A stretch of DNA of 64,000 bases from Octopus vulgaris (Eukaryota), in assembly GCA_951406725.2 (NCBI GenBank), contig OX597816.1, positions 15,686,001 to 15,750,000 of the forward strand, given 5' to 3'. The notes beneath the pieces were generated by a model. The model did no database searches. It saw nothing but the letters and a program-made list of their open reading frames with translations, and had not been told where the DNA came from. Below, in pieces: positions 51,526 through 64,000 of the stretch. Positions within the stretch are counted from its first letter, which is position 1, and every line of letters begins with the position of its first letter. A program made the translations under genes and the position numbers.

Positions 51526-53119
51526 TGTAAATAAGGTTTTATATGTCTAGTAAACTGATAATTTCCAGTTTCTTATAGTCTACAAGTTGTAGGGGTGCAA
51601 TGTAGGGAAGTGAATAAACACCAGTAAACCACTGGTATCTATTTAACTGACCCTGACCTGATGAAAAGAAAAACAGAAACAACTTTGATTTCGATGATAT
51701 TTGAACTCACAGAGAGACAAAGCTAAGCATTGTCAGGCATTTTCTCTGCAACTCTACAAAAGTAAACTAATAAATAAAATGAGAAATAATAAAACAAAAA
51801 TATCACATCATGGGAACTGAAAGTTTAGGGGCTGTTTTGTTTGCATGAATATCCATTGTACATTTTATTTATGGCAAGTTTTCTTGTTTAATCATAGGAA
51901 TGATAGCCTCTAACCTTTCTAGATAAGATTTTAGAAACTGGTGCCATTTATACCCCCATTGGTAGAAGTTTTTTCAACAAATTCCCCTTTCATTAAAATT
52001 AACAGTACCTTTAACGAGACACACTCTCCATTATATGTAATCTTTAATATTGCATTTTTGAATACCTGAACTTCTTCACTCACCTCTATAACTTCTTTAA
52101 TCTAATGAAAGCATCAACATCAACTTTTCCATTAACATATTTTGTATCTTGGTTTGTTTATCAAGTTTTCCTATTGCTAGATAATCTAATTTTATGGTAG
52201 TTCACTTTTTAACTAGAAACTTCACGAAGGCTCTCACACTTCTTAGAATTTTTACTAACGCAACAAGTTAAAATTTTTTTTAATTTTACCAGCTGCATTT
52301 TATTTCAAATTATTCAGATATGACACTTTCAAGTTCAAAATTTTAGATAAAGAAATTTTATCAGTTCTTTTTCCTTTCATTTTCCCACAGACTTTGAAGT
52401 TTGCTGGGTCTGTGATTATCTCTAGTTTATTTGCAATTAAAAGGATAAGAGACAAATCTAGTTTAATCGCATAACTTTTCGCATGGAAATAATTGAACTC
52501 CACTCAGCAAACCAATGGCTCATTTATCAATTTTACAGTTCAGTTACTGCTCAGAGCAACGAATAAACCATTGTGTCACACAAGTTAATGATGGTACTTC
52601 TGTGGGGAGGTGGGGCACAGGACAACTTGCTTGAAACAGCAGTTAAATCTCCTCCAAATCATATCCTAGTGATTGCCAAAAAAGAAAAACAAAGCAAGAA
52701 AGATAGATTCGATAATGTAATCCTAGCTACACAATGTCTGAAATAACATATGGGATGGTCATGGCTGTAAAAGCCCTTGATCATTGGTCTGTTCAATCTG
52801 AGTTGATCTGAAGTGAAACAACAAACACTTCTTCGTCATATTTATTTAAATTGAGATGATATTTATCATTGAGAATTATATCTCTCACCCAAAGACGTAA
52901 ATGCAGTTCTGATGACATTTCTGTATGGACTGCTGACGTCTTAACTGTTCATTCAGCAGTTTTCACTTGTGACCTTTTTTCCTTCTTTTGTTTTATATAT
53001 GATATTGCTTATTGTTTTTATATTTGGTATGTTTGTGAACAATAGTGATGTATGTGTTGTGTAGACAGGAATTGCATTCCCAAGAGTTAATCATTATTTT
53101 CAATTAAAAGAACACCTAT

Positions 53120-53608
53120 TTTATATATATATATATATTTATATATATATCATGTATATCATATATACACATACGTGCATATATTCATACATACACAAAT
53201 TGATATATATACACATATACATACATCCATATATATATATACACATACACAAGCATACATTTATATATCCACACTTATATATATGTGTGTGTATACATAC
53301 ATACATATATATATACATACACAAGCATACATTTATATATCCCCACTTATATATATGTGTGTGTGTATACATACATACATATATATATATACATATATAC
53401 ATATATATACATATATATATATATACATACATACATATATATATATATATACATATACATACATATATATATACATACACATATATATATACATACATAC
53501 ATACAAATATATATACATATATATATACATACATATATATGTATACATACATATACAGATACATACATATATATATATATATATACATAGATATATATAT
53601 ATACATAC

Positions 53609-53678
<70 letters not shown>
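53120..53678. repeat. Long compound (TA)/(TACA)/(TG) microsatellite
   Basis: Seen directly. Similar tracts at ~2148-2950, 3525-3960, 7020-7350, 17837-18070, 22240-22500 and 61735-61940, and (ATT)/(AAT) tracts at 30785-31142. Confidence 0.95.
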
Positions 53679-53680
<2 letters not shown>

Positions 53681-54345
53681 CCTATTCATTATCCAGCCAA
53701 CCAGTTGATTAGAAGCCTTCCAATTACCTGAGACACTTTAATAACTGTATTAGTTTTATGATAATCCCTCCCAAACTTTCATTGCATATTTTACAATCTT
53801 CTGCTCTTATTATTCCTTCTCTTGTATCAGTTTGCTTTTCAATGGCTTCTTAGTAATTATCTACACTAATATCTTATTTCACTCTGGGACAACAACAATG
53901 TGAATTGTGCAACTAAACAATGCTTTCTTCAGAGTGTGTATCAGTGTAGTTAGTACAGAGTATTAACAAATATTATGACAAGGAAACAATGGTAGACTGC
54001 TATGGAATAAATGGAACAAATTAATTGTGTACGGGGATAGGTAATGATTGAATAAATTGAGCAAATTAACAGAGAAATGTTGTCATTTGGTGTAACATTT
54101 GATTGTATAATTACTGTTAAATTGCTAAACAAAACAGGTATTGACTCGTTAAGCAATTTATTAGACAAGAGTTTATATCACAGTGTGAGAAATAACAGTT
54201 TTGATATTTTGAATGAAATAATATTCGAAGTATGAAATAAATATCATATTTTCTAATATGCAGGTTGATGTAATGTATAACAGCATAAACTTGTAAGAAG
54301 CACCGGTGTTGATGCTTTGCAAAAAGCCACTGGTGCTGGTGCCAC

Positions 54346-54985
54346 ATCATCATCATCGTTTAACGTCCGTTTTCCATGCTAGCATGGGTTGGATGGTTCG
54401 ACCAGGGTCTGGGAAGCCAGGAGGCTGCACCAGACCCAGTCTGATCTGGCAGTGTTTCTACAGCTGGATGCCCTTCCTAATGCCAACCACTCCATGAGTG
54501 TAGTGGGTACTTTTTAAGTGCCACTGGCACAGGTGCCAGGGGAGGCTGGCAACGGCCACGATCGGTTGGTGCATTTTACGTGCCACCGGCACTGGTATCA
54601 CAACTACAATTTCCATTGATTTTTGATCGATTTCGAATTCGATTTCACTTGCCTCAACAGGTCTTTGCAAGCAGAGTTTTGTATCCCAAGAAGGAAACGT
54701 ATGCATAAGTGTACTGGCTACATCCCAGGTAAAGGCCACGGGTTATGGTCTCACTTGTCCTGCCGGGTCTTCTCACGCACAGCATATTACCAAAGTCACT
54801 AGTCATTGCCACGCACCCAGTACACTGTGTAAACTGGTTGGTGTTAGGAAGGGTATCCAGCCATAGAAACCATACCAAAACAGACAATGGAGCCTGGTAC
54901 AGCTCCCAGCCTTATCAGCTCCTCTCCAACTGTCCAAACTGTGCCAGCATGGAAAATGGACATTAAATTATGATGATGATGATGT
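54346..54985. mobile_element. Two divergent family C copies (minus ~54346-54810, plus ~54810-54985)
   Basis: The minus copy carries a frameshifted RTE ORF end (MTSD...YAVREKTRQDK*). The plus copy ends in (GAT)n. A similar ORF-end remnant lies at ~50640-51000(-). Confidence 0.75.
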
Positions 54986-55440
54986 TGTGTAAACATTCAA
55001 ACATTGTCACTATCTTTCCAAATACTGCTGTGTTTCACATGCAAGTGTTGCTTCTCCAAAGTCGTCTTGGTATATGCTGACCTACTTTTTTTGCCTGTAA
55101 ATTTGAGTCTGAAAAATTTGGCTTTTATGCTGAAAAATATGGTATGTTTTGTAAGTCATTAATGGAATATCTGTATGTGGTTGTTCGGTCTGCTAGAAAT
55201 AGCACCTAAGTCTCCTTCAAATCTTAGCATCTTAATCTTAAACAAAGAAAGGACACTCTGGATAATGTAGTTTTAGACATACCCTGTAAATATGGCTGGA
55301 ATGCTTTGTGTCATAAATCTGTCTGATCAGGATTCACCTAGGGCTAAACAGCATCTTAAATAAATATTTAAACTTGTTATTAAATCAGGATTTCTGACAA
55401 AGACCCACGGCTTCAGAGTTTAGGATGAGGGAAGGGCATA

Positions 55441-55662
55441 CTCTTTACTCTCTTACTTGTTTCAGTCATTTAGATATTCTATCTAAAACTGATAGATTAA
55501 GTACTAGACTTACGAAGAATAAGTCCAGGGGTTGATTTGCTCAACTAAAGGCGGTGCTCCAGTCAGTCTCTTTTGTTGAACTGCTAAGTTATGGAGACAT
55601 AAACACACCAGCATTGGCTATCAAGCAATGTTGGGAGGATGAACAAAGACACACAAACATAT

Positions 55663-55728
<66 letters not shown>

Positions 55729-55891
55729 TACGGGCTTCTTTCAGTTTCCGTCTACCAAACCCACTCACAAGGCTTTCGTCAGCCTGAGGCTATAGTAGAA
55801 GACACTTCTCCAAGGTGCCATGCAGTGGGACTGAACCTGGAACCATGTGGTTGGTAAGCAAGCTACTTACCACACAGCCACTCCTGTGCCT
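55441..55891 (-). mobile_element. SINE family B with an internal inversion
   Basis: Segment 55488-55562 is in the opposite orientation to the rest of the element. Confidence 0.8.
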
Positions 55892-56388
55892 GATATTATT
55901 AATTCTATCAACCCAATACTTGAATGGTACTTTATGTTATCAACCCCAGAAGAATGAAAAACATAGTTAGCCTTGGAGAGAATTGAACCTAGAACTTAAA
56001 GGGCTATAACTTAATGCTACAACACACTTCTATCCAACATTCTGACTTTTCTGCCAACCCACCACCTGGCAATAAATATTACAGATATTTTATTTTGGAA
56101 AAAAATTAAAACATTGGAAAAGCACCCAGTACACTCTGTAAAGTGGTTTGCATTAGGAAGGGCATCCAGAGGTTGAAATCATGACAAAGCAAACAATGGA
56201 ACCTGGTATGGCCACTGGCCTTATCAACTCCTGTCAAACCACCCAAACCATGCTAGCATGGAATACAGACATTGATTGATAATGATGATAGAAAATTACT
56301 ATTCCTATGTTCTGTTTTGTATAATAAACCAAGAAAGAGGTTGATAAAGAGTAACCTCTATTACTTCAGTTATTTTCTGAGTGTTTTT

Positions 56389-56881
56389 CAGTGGCTCTCA
56401 ACCAGGGTCCATATGACTTTTAGAGGTCCCTATAAGATTTTGTTGATAAAATTTTTGTACAATAAATTGGTTATACTTCTACAATATACCAAATATTTTA
56501 AGACTTATTTTACATAATTCCTAATAATATTTAATAATGAAAGAAACTTGTTGTATATATGTATATATATATGTGTGTATGTGTGTGTAAATGTTTGTGT
56601 CTGTGTTTGTCCCCCAAACATTGCTTGACAACCGATGGTGGTGTATTTACGTCCCCATAACTTAGCAGTTTAGGAAAAGAGACCAATAGCATAAGTGCTA
56701 GGCTTACAAAGAATAAGTCTTGGGGTCGATTTGCTCAACTAAAGGTGGTGCTCCAGCATGGCTGCAGTCAGATGACTGAAACAAGTACAAGAGAGAGGGT
56801 AAAGAGAGGTTCTGAGGGTCCACCCAAGTAAAAATAGGGCTCTTAAGGAGTCCATAGAGAAAGAACAGTTGAGAAACATTA
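56389..56881. mobile_element. hAT-like MITE interrupted by a 5'-truncated family B SINE (~56545-56810)
   Basis: Ends CAGTGGCTCTCAAC and GTTGAGAAACATTA form an imperfect CAG-type TIR. GGGTCC sub-terminal motifs are present. Confidence 0.5.
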
Positions 56882-57709
56882 TTTTAGATAATGTGTTGAG
56901 TGACGACTGAAATTCAACCCACTCATTCCAGGATCCAGTATCTCGCTTGGCCTAGATATACAATAAAAGACTATTTCATATTCTGGCAAACTCTACCCAG
57001 CAACTTCCCCTTATTTATTTATTTATTTATTTATTTTACAAGAAAGCAATAATTTCACTGTGTATTCATGGAAGTTGTTGTTTCTCTTGTATTTTTCTCA
57101 TAAACATTACCCCAAATATCTAATCTAAGTTTGCTGAGATAGTTGACATTACTCACTCACAATATCTTTTTCATTTTCTGATGGGGAAAACAACTACTGT
57201 TTTCCCTCTTATAAGAAAAAAAAAACTATAACATTTTTTTTCTGCCCTATGAATCTTCTTCCATCTTCCAACTAGTGTCAACAACAAAATGCCTCAAGGG
57301 AATTACCAGATGATATTGCTAAGAATACAACACAAGTAAATGAAAAGTCCTTGTCTTTTATATCATCACCATGACGATAACGAGAATGATGGTGGTGGTG
57401 GTGGTGGCATTGGTGATGGTGGTTGTGGTTTATGTTGGCAAAAGGCCACATATTTGAAGTGGGAGAAATACCGGCAGTTAAATCGGAACTTATTTTATCA
57501 TCTACCAAAATAAAGAAAGGCAAAGATGAATCTGTCTAGGATTGAACTCAAACTGTAAAGTAATGTCACTAACTAATGCCAGGAATTTCAGTTGGCATTC
57601 TACCAATTCTGCCATTCATATTATTTCTTAAATTGACATAAGGTCGCAATTTTTTATATTTTTTAAAGAGGTTGGATGTACTTACCTGAAGTAACCATAG
57701 TATATGACT

Positions 57710-58040
57710 TTACATCTGTGTTGTGTATGTCTGTTAGCATGTAGGGCAGCAACAAAGATTTAATGTTACTGGGTTGGCTTCGGAATGGTTTCTTGAGTGT
57801 GGGTCATGGTCTTAAGTTTCCCTTTCATACTTTGTCATTAACTGTTCTTTCTGGTTTCTTCTGTTGTAAAGAGATTTCCAAGCAATGCTGTCTTGATCTT
57901 TTTAGATGATATGTTAAACATATTTCTATTGCCTTCTCATGAACATCATTTCCATTCTCTGTTGTCTACACTTGACAAGAGTAGTACTTGATTGGTGATG
58001 GTGTTGGCCTAAAAAGATCCACAATATTCTACCAAGTTAT
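57710..58040 (-). mobile_element. Degenerate RTE-like LINE 3' remnant
   Basis: Minus strand begins RILWIF*ANTITNQVL, resembling RILxIxWPxTISNxxL, and ends in a GCTGCCCTACATGC 3'-end-like motif. Many stops. Confidence 0.4.
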
Positions 58041-58521
58041 TTCTTTCTTTGTGTTTGGAGTTGGATGGTGCAAGCATGGCTGTATGGTTTTGGGTTCAGT
58101 CCCACAGCATGGCACCTTTGGAAAGTGTTTTTCACTATAGCCCCAGGCCAACAAAACTCTTGTAAATATATTTGTTAGACATAGGCGCAGGAGTAGCTGT
58201 GTGGTAAGTAGCTTGCTTACCTGTCACATGGCTCTGGGTTCAATCCCACTGCATGGCACCTTGGGTAAGTATCTTCTACTATAGGTTCAGCTGACTAAAG
58301 CCTTGAGAATGGATTAGGTAGACGGAAACTGAAAGAGGCCCATCATATATATATGTGTGTGTATATGTTTGTCCCCCCCACATCACTTGATAACTGATGC
58401 TGGTGTGTTTATGACCCCGTAACTTCAGAATGAATAAATTAAAAACTGTACGGTATTTGGTCCTTTGTTCTACAATTTCTGAACCTTGACCATATTACTA
58501 CTACTACCAATAATAATACTC

Positions 58522-58946
58522 ATCCTTTCTATTATAGGCACAAGGCATGAAATTTGGGGGAGGGGTTAGTCGATTACATTGACTCCTAGTACTCAACTGG
58601 TACTTAATTTATTGCCCCCCCCCCCTTCCCCGAAAAAATGAAAGGCAAAGTCAACTTCAGCAGGATTTGAACTCAGAATGTAGGGGCAAATAAGCATTTC
58701 ATCCGGTGCGCTAACGATTCTGCCAGCTTGCCATCTTAATAATAATAATAATAATAATAATGATGGTTTTGAATATTGACACAAGGCCAGCAATTTTAGG
58801 GGAAGTGTTAAGTTGGTATCATTGATCCCATAAACTTGAAAGGTAAAGTCAACTTCAGCTGAGTTTGAACACAGAACATTGAAGATAGACGAAAACCTGC
58901 TAAGCATTTTGTCAGGCATGTTAACAGTTCTGCCAGCTCACCACTC

Positions 58947-58980
<34 letters not shown>

Positions 58981-59175
58981 CCTTTCTACTATAGGCTCAA
59001 GGCCTGAAATTTGGGGGGAGAGGGCTAGTTGATTTTATCAACCCTAGTGCGTAACTGATACTGGTGGAAAGCAAAGTCGATCCTGGCAGAATTTGAACTC
59101 AGAGCATTAAAGACAGACGAAATGCCACTAAACATTTCACCAGGCATGCTAACGATTCTGAAAGCTCACCGCCTT
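58522..59175 (-). mobile_element. Cluster of three family A2 SINEs separated by (AAT)n
   Basis: Units at ~58522-58735, ~58775-58945 and ~58980-59175, each with the GGCAAAGTC...TTTGAACTCAG motif. Confidence 0.8.
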
Positions 59176-59206
59176 AATAATGATGATGATGATGATGATA
59201 ATAATG

Positions 59207-59246
<40 letters not shown>

Positions 59247-59799
59247 CTACAATAATTTCTAACTTTTTATATTTTTCAGGACTAACCTTATTTCAAACTT
59301 CAGTAATTTATATAGATTTCTCTTTGTCTTTTCTTTGATTTTTCTCTTAAAAAATACCCTTGATCTATGTATAATCAATAATTCAACAAATATATATAAG
59401 TAAAAAGTTCCTTTTTTTTTTCAACTGAGAATTATATGAGATGGTCTTCATAGGAACTAAATAACAGTATTTGTATTTTTTATTTGACTTAAACAAAAAT
59501 ATTCACTGAAAATCACAAAAGAATATTTTATAGCAGTCATTGTACATAGTATTGTTAGGGTATAAAGCAAATGTTACTGATGTAACTACAACATTTGCAA
59601 TATTTGTTGCTTTTGTGAACTACCAGTAAAATTGTTCTATAGTCATAGCAATGGATGAAAAGAATCAAAAGTTTAAAGTTATCCCTTTTTGTAAAAACGT
59701 ATACCTTGATGACTTTTTATCATCACCATCATCATAATCATCATTTTAATGTCCATATTTTCATGCTTGCATGGGTTGGATAGAATCTGATGTGGCAGA

Positions 59800-60208
59800 A
59801 GGCGGCAAGCTGATAGAAATGTTAGCACGCTGGGCGAAATGCATAGCGTCATTTCGTCTGCCGTTACATTCTGAGTTCAAAAATAAATTAAGTACCAGTT
59901 ACGCACTGGGGTCGATGTAATCGACTTAATCCCATTGTCTGTCCTTGTTTGTCCCCTCTATGTTTAACCTTTTGTGGGCAATAAAGAAATAAGAAACATT
60001 AGTACAACGGGCGAAATGCTTAGCGGTATTTCGTCTGCCGTTACGTTCTGTGTTCAAATTCCACCGAGGTCAACTTTGCCTTTCATCCTTTCGGGGTCGA
60101 TAAATAAAGTACCAGTAACGCACTGGGGTCAATATAATTGACCTAATCCCTTTGTCTGTCCTTGTTTGTCCCCTTTATGTTTACCCCCTTGTGGACAATA
60201 AAGAGATA
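59800..60208 (+). mobile_element. SINE family A, dimer
   Basis: Two units; perfect 18-bp TSD AGAATCTGATGTGGCAGA at 59782-59799 and 60209-60226. Confidence 0.88.
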
Positions 60209-61767
60209 AGAATCTGATGTGGCAGATTTTCTATGGCTAGTGGCCCCTCCTCTCTTCAACCCTGTTTCCAAACATGATGTTCTTTTTTTTTATTTTACTT
60301 GTTTCTGTCATTAGAATGTGGCCATGCTGGGGCACCACCTTGCAGAATTTTTGATTAAATGAATTAATCCGGGTACTTATTCTATCTGTCTCTTTTCCTG
60401 AACCACTAAGATACAGGGACATAAACACACCAACACCGGTTGTCAAGCAGTGGTGGGGGACAATCACAGACAAAAAGACACATACAGACACATAGATATA
60501 AGTATAAATTTGACAGGATTCCTTCAGTTTCTGTCTACCAGATCTAATCACAAGGCTTTGGTTGGCCTGTGGATATAGTAGAAGACATTTGCCTAAGAAG
60601 TCATAATGTGGGACTGAACCCAAAATCATCAGGTTGAGAAGCAAATTCTAACCACACAGCCATGCCTTCACCGCTGACTGGACATGTTTCTATAGAAAGT
60701 TGGGGACAAACACCACGTGTATGATGGTGATGCTCATTTACAACAACTGTGGTGTCATTTCAAGGACACACAGACACACATGGCTCACTGGTTAGAGTGT
60801 CAGTCCCCAGGGAGATTCAGCATGACACAGAATGTGACAAGGCTGATCCTTTTGAAATACAGGTAAAATTCATTTTTGCCAGTTGAGTGGACTAGAGCAG
60901 CATGAAATAAAATGTCTTGCTCAATGGTGCAATGCACCACTGAGAATTGAACTCACAACCTTGTGATTACGAGCCAAATACTCTAACCACTTTGCCATAT
61001 GCCTTCAACACTCACACACACATATACGCATGCACACAGGTTGGGGCTTCCACAGTTTCCATCTATCAAATTCAATCACAAAGGCATTGGTTAGCCTGAG
61101 GCTGTAGCAGAAGACACTTGCCCAAGGTGCTACTCAGTGGGATTGAACCCAAAACCATGTGGTTGTGAAGCAATCTTCTTAACCATACAGCTATGTCTAT
61201 TCTGATTCTTGTCATCGTAGGAGAACTCAGGAAGCCCTCCACCTACACACAAATATTTAATATCTTTATAGCTCCTGAATATGGGTTATTCATATACTCC
61301 TCATGAAAAAATAAATTTATTTTAGAGATTTGAAATAAATTTGGAAATCTGGAAATCCTAATTGGATTCTTAGGTAGGTTTTATGATGTAATAGAATTTA
61401 TATCTATGGATATTAGAATTGTATAAACACGTAATGTACTTCGAAGCTACTGCGTGATGGGTGACACAATCGGAGCTTGTAAAAATGTTTTTATAGTAAA
61501 ATATTTTCTCACTTTGCTTTTGTATTTTTTGTTTTGTTCCTCTTTTTTTTTTTCAAGTAAGAAAAATCTTCACACTCTTTACAATTTTCCTGGTTTTAAC
61601 ACCAGCTGTCAATTAGAAATCATTCTAATTTTGGCATCTTCCAGTAACATAGCTTGTTTCTGCAGAGCCAGGTAACATAACTGATATCTGAGAACGTACA
61701 GTGCTTTACAAAAAAAATTATTTATAAAAGGTAACTATATATATGTGAAATATATATATACAGACAC

Positions 61768-61838
<71 letters not shown>

Positions 61839-63387
61839 CAGATACACACACATATATATATGAAATATATATACAGACACATATATATGCATATATATGT
61901 GTGTGTGTGTGTGTGTGCATGTGTACATATGATGTATGTATATATCCACTAGATATACATAATACCTTTTCCTTGCTTTTATAGGAATTCCATCTTTACA
62001 TTTTGTTGAGCTTTGTTCCACATCACAGCATGTGACTTAATGTCTTGTGACACCACATTTTATAGTTCTCTTCTTTTCACTATATTTACAGATAACTGTT
62101 CCATGTTATTTTTTTTTATCTTTTTTCCTTTTTTTTTATATTTCTTCTTTGGCCTCGTTTGAACAAATAATTGTTACAAATCCCTGATGAGGCATTTTCC
62201 ACTTCTCTTTGATGTTTTTCTTTTCATATTTTTTGTTATTTTTTTTGTTTCATTTTTTTTTTTTCTTTTCTATTTTTATATATAAAGTCAGAGTGTGTTA
62301 AAAAGATAGAAAATTGTTGTTCTAGCTATAAATATACATATATCATCTTAAGCTCTTCTGGAAGCATTTTTATAATTATTTATTTTTTTCATCCATTCCA
62401 ACTTTTAGGGCTCCTTTAGGTCTACCATATTTTTTGTCTGTTCATCTACTAGGAATTTCTCTAACACAAAACAAGACAAGTGAAAAATTTAACTGACATT
62501 TGAGATCAGATCTATATATGTGTATATATGCTTTGTATTTGTGTTTGTCCACCGTGTTGACTATCCACACTTATATAGCAGCAATATTGTATAATTATCA
62601 AACATAATTGGAGTTTGGGTAAAGTATAGGTGGTACATGGTCTATAATTACAGTCTGTTGTTGAAAAGAGAGAGGAGGCAGGAAAGAAAAAGAGCTATTG
62701 ACATGGGGTCAATTACATCCCCCAATTACTAATGTGGCTTATTTTATATGAAGAAACAGTTTCATGTCCAGAGACTTAATTTTTATGGCATGTAAGGATG
62801 GAGGTTGTTGGGCAATATTTATTTCATTTTCTTCATCGTTGTCCAGAATACAGTAATGAGTGTAGGGGGGCATGGGCAGGGAATTATGATTGATGCTAAT
62901 TTTCGTTCTGTTTCCATATTTGATTACTCGGTCACCACCACCAGCAACATCTACCGCTGCTGCCACTACCACTGCTCCACCATCGTCCCATTCTTCTCTC
63001 TCTCTCTCTCTCTCTCTCTCTTCTTCTCTAAGCCATTATGTCGGCAATATTAGAACTAAAGGTTCGTTAAGAGAATTAACCGTACAGAATATTTTAAAGA
63101 ACATGTAGATGGTGTTTAATGGTATTTAATATCTAAAGAGCTAGAACGGGATCAAAGACAAGATTTTCATCAATAGCACCCTCTCTTTTGTAACAATGTT
63201 GCAACACCCATAATCGTTGCTACCATTAGCAACAGACTTAATTTATTAGAAAATTGGTCACACTGTCAGATATAATTCTGCTGAATATGAACCATGTGTT
63301 TCTATAGCAAATACAAGCTCACTTTCACACACACATACACTCAAAAGATTTAGAGAAAATTGGATACTGTATCTCTAATTATGTTTA

Positions 63388-63730
63388 GTGAAGGTGCATG
63401 GCTCAGTGGTTAGAGCATCGAGATTATGATCATGAGGTTGTGAGTTCAAATCCGAGACTGGGCTGCGTGTTATGTTCTTGAGCAAGACACTTTATTTCAC
63501 GTTGCTCCAGTTCACTCAGCTGTAGAAATGAGATGCGATGTCACTGGTGCTAAGTTGTATCAGCCTTTGCCTTTCCCTTGGATAACATCGGTGGCATGGA
63601 GAGGGAAGGCTGGTCTTCCATAAAAAAAAAAACCTGTTTTTGTGTTTGCAGGTGAGGCAACTTTCTGCCCAGACTTGTACCCCAGAGGGGGGAACCTCTT
63701 AGGTGCACCCATGATCGTTCGTGACTGATG
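63388..63730 (+). mobile_element. tRNA-derived SINE family D
   Basis: GTGAAGGTGCATGGCTCAGTGGTTAGAGC (A-box)...GAGTTCAAATCC (B-box)...TTCTTGAGCAAGACACTTTATTTCAC. Its tail also occurs alone at ~42380-42545. Confidence 0.8.
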
Positions 63731-64000
63731 GAGTCAAGTAATTATGTCTACATGTGTGGAGAAGCTGTTCCAGTGAACACCAGTGATTCTGCTTCAGTTC
63801 CAGAGAAAATTACTGGTACCTACTTGAATATCATGATAAGAACTTTATTTATATCATATTCTCCACAAACACACATAATAAACTCTGTGTGTCCGTGTGT
63901 CCCCCATAGCACAGATTGACAACTTGTGTTGGGTTGTTCACATTTTCTCTGGGGTAGATTTGATGGAATGAAACCTTCCAAGGCAATGCTCCAGCATGGC

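Noticed and set aside
62184-62190. CTGATGA hammerhead half-core (similar partial hits near 4321, 45995 and 48635)
   Set aside because: No correctly placed GAAA or stem set.
63216-63233. GTTGCT-N6-AGCAAC, an RFX X-box-like palindrome
   Set aside because: The spacer is longer than in a canonical X-box and no transcription start is evident.
63388-63465. tRNA-like sequence with A and B boxes (also other SINE heads)
   Set aside because: No complete cloverleaf or acceptor stem, and it continues into a repeat body; these are SINE heads, not tRNA genes.

Overview
Eukaryotic, AT-rich, microsatellite- and retroposon-saturated genomic DNA. The repeat landscape looks like a coleoid cephalopod such as Octopus, but that is inferred from recall and not proven here. 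The window is most likely intronic or intergenic. No long host CDS is present, and nearly all ORFs in the track are translations of (TA)n/(TG)n/(CA)n/(AAT)n tracts or SINEs. Supported content: (1) one full-length but inactivated mariner transposon at 42564-43857; (2) several non-LTR retrotransposon remnants (RTE-type and I/Jockey-type); (3) dozens of tRNA-derived SINEs from at least 3 head families, here labelled A, B and D, plus an abundant (GAT)n-tailed repeat (C) that can be traced to an RTE 3' end; (4) TTAA-bounded and foldback MITEs; (5) one well-defined 37-nt candidate host exon at 15906-15942. The most striking signal is about 10 dispersed type I hammerhead-ribozyme motifs (CTGANGA...GAAA...GTH) from several unrelated repeat families. 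Each family has its own palindromic stem III, and the motifs usually lie just upstream of a (TA)n tract. One pair forms a ~163-nt tandem (retrozyme-like) once an inserted SINE is removed, and one sits downstream of a tRNA-like Pol III head. All pairings were read by eye, and repeat boundaries are approximate (about +/-10 nt) unless TSDs or TIRs are quoted.
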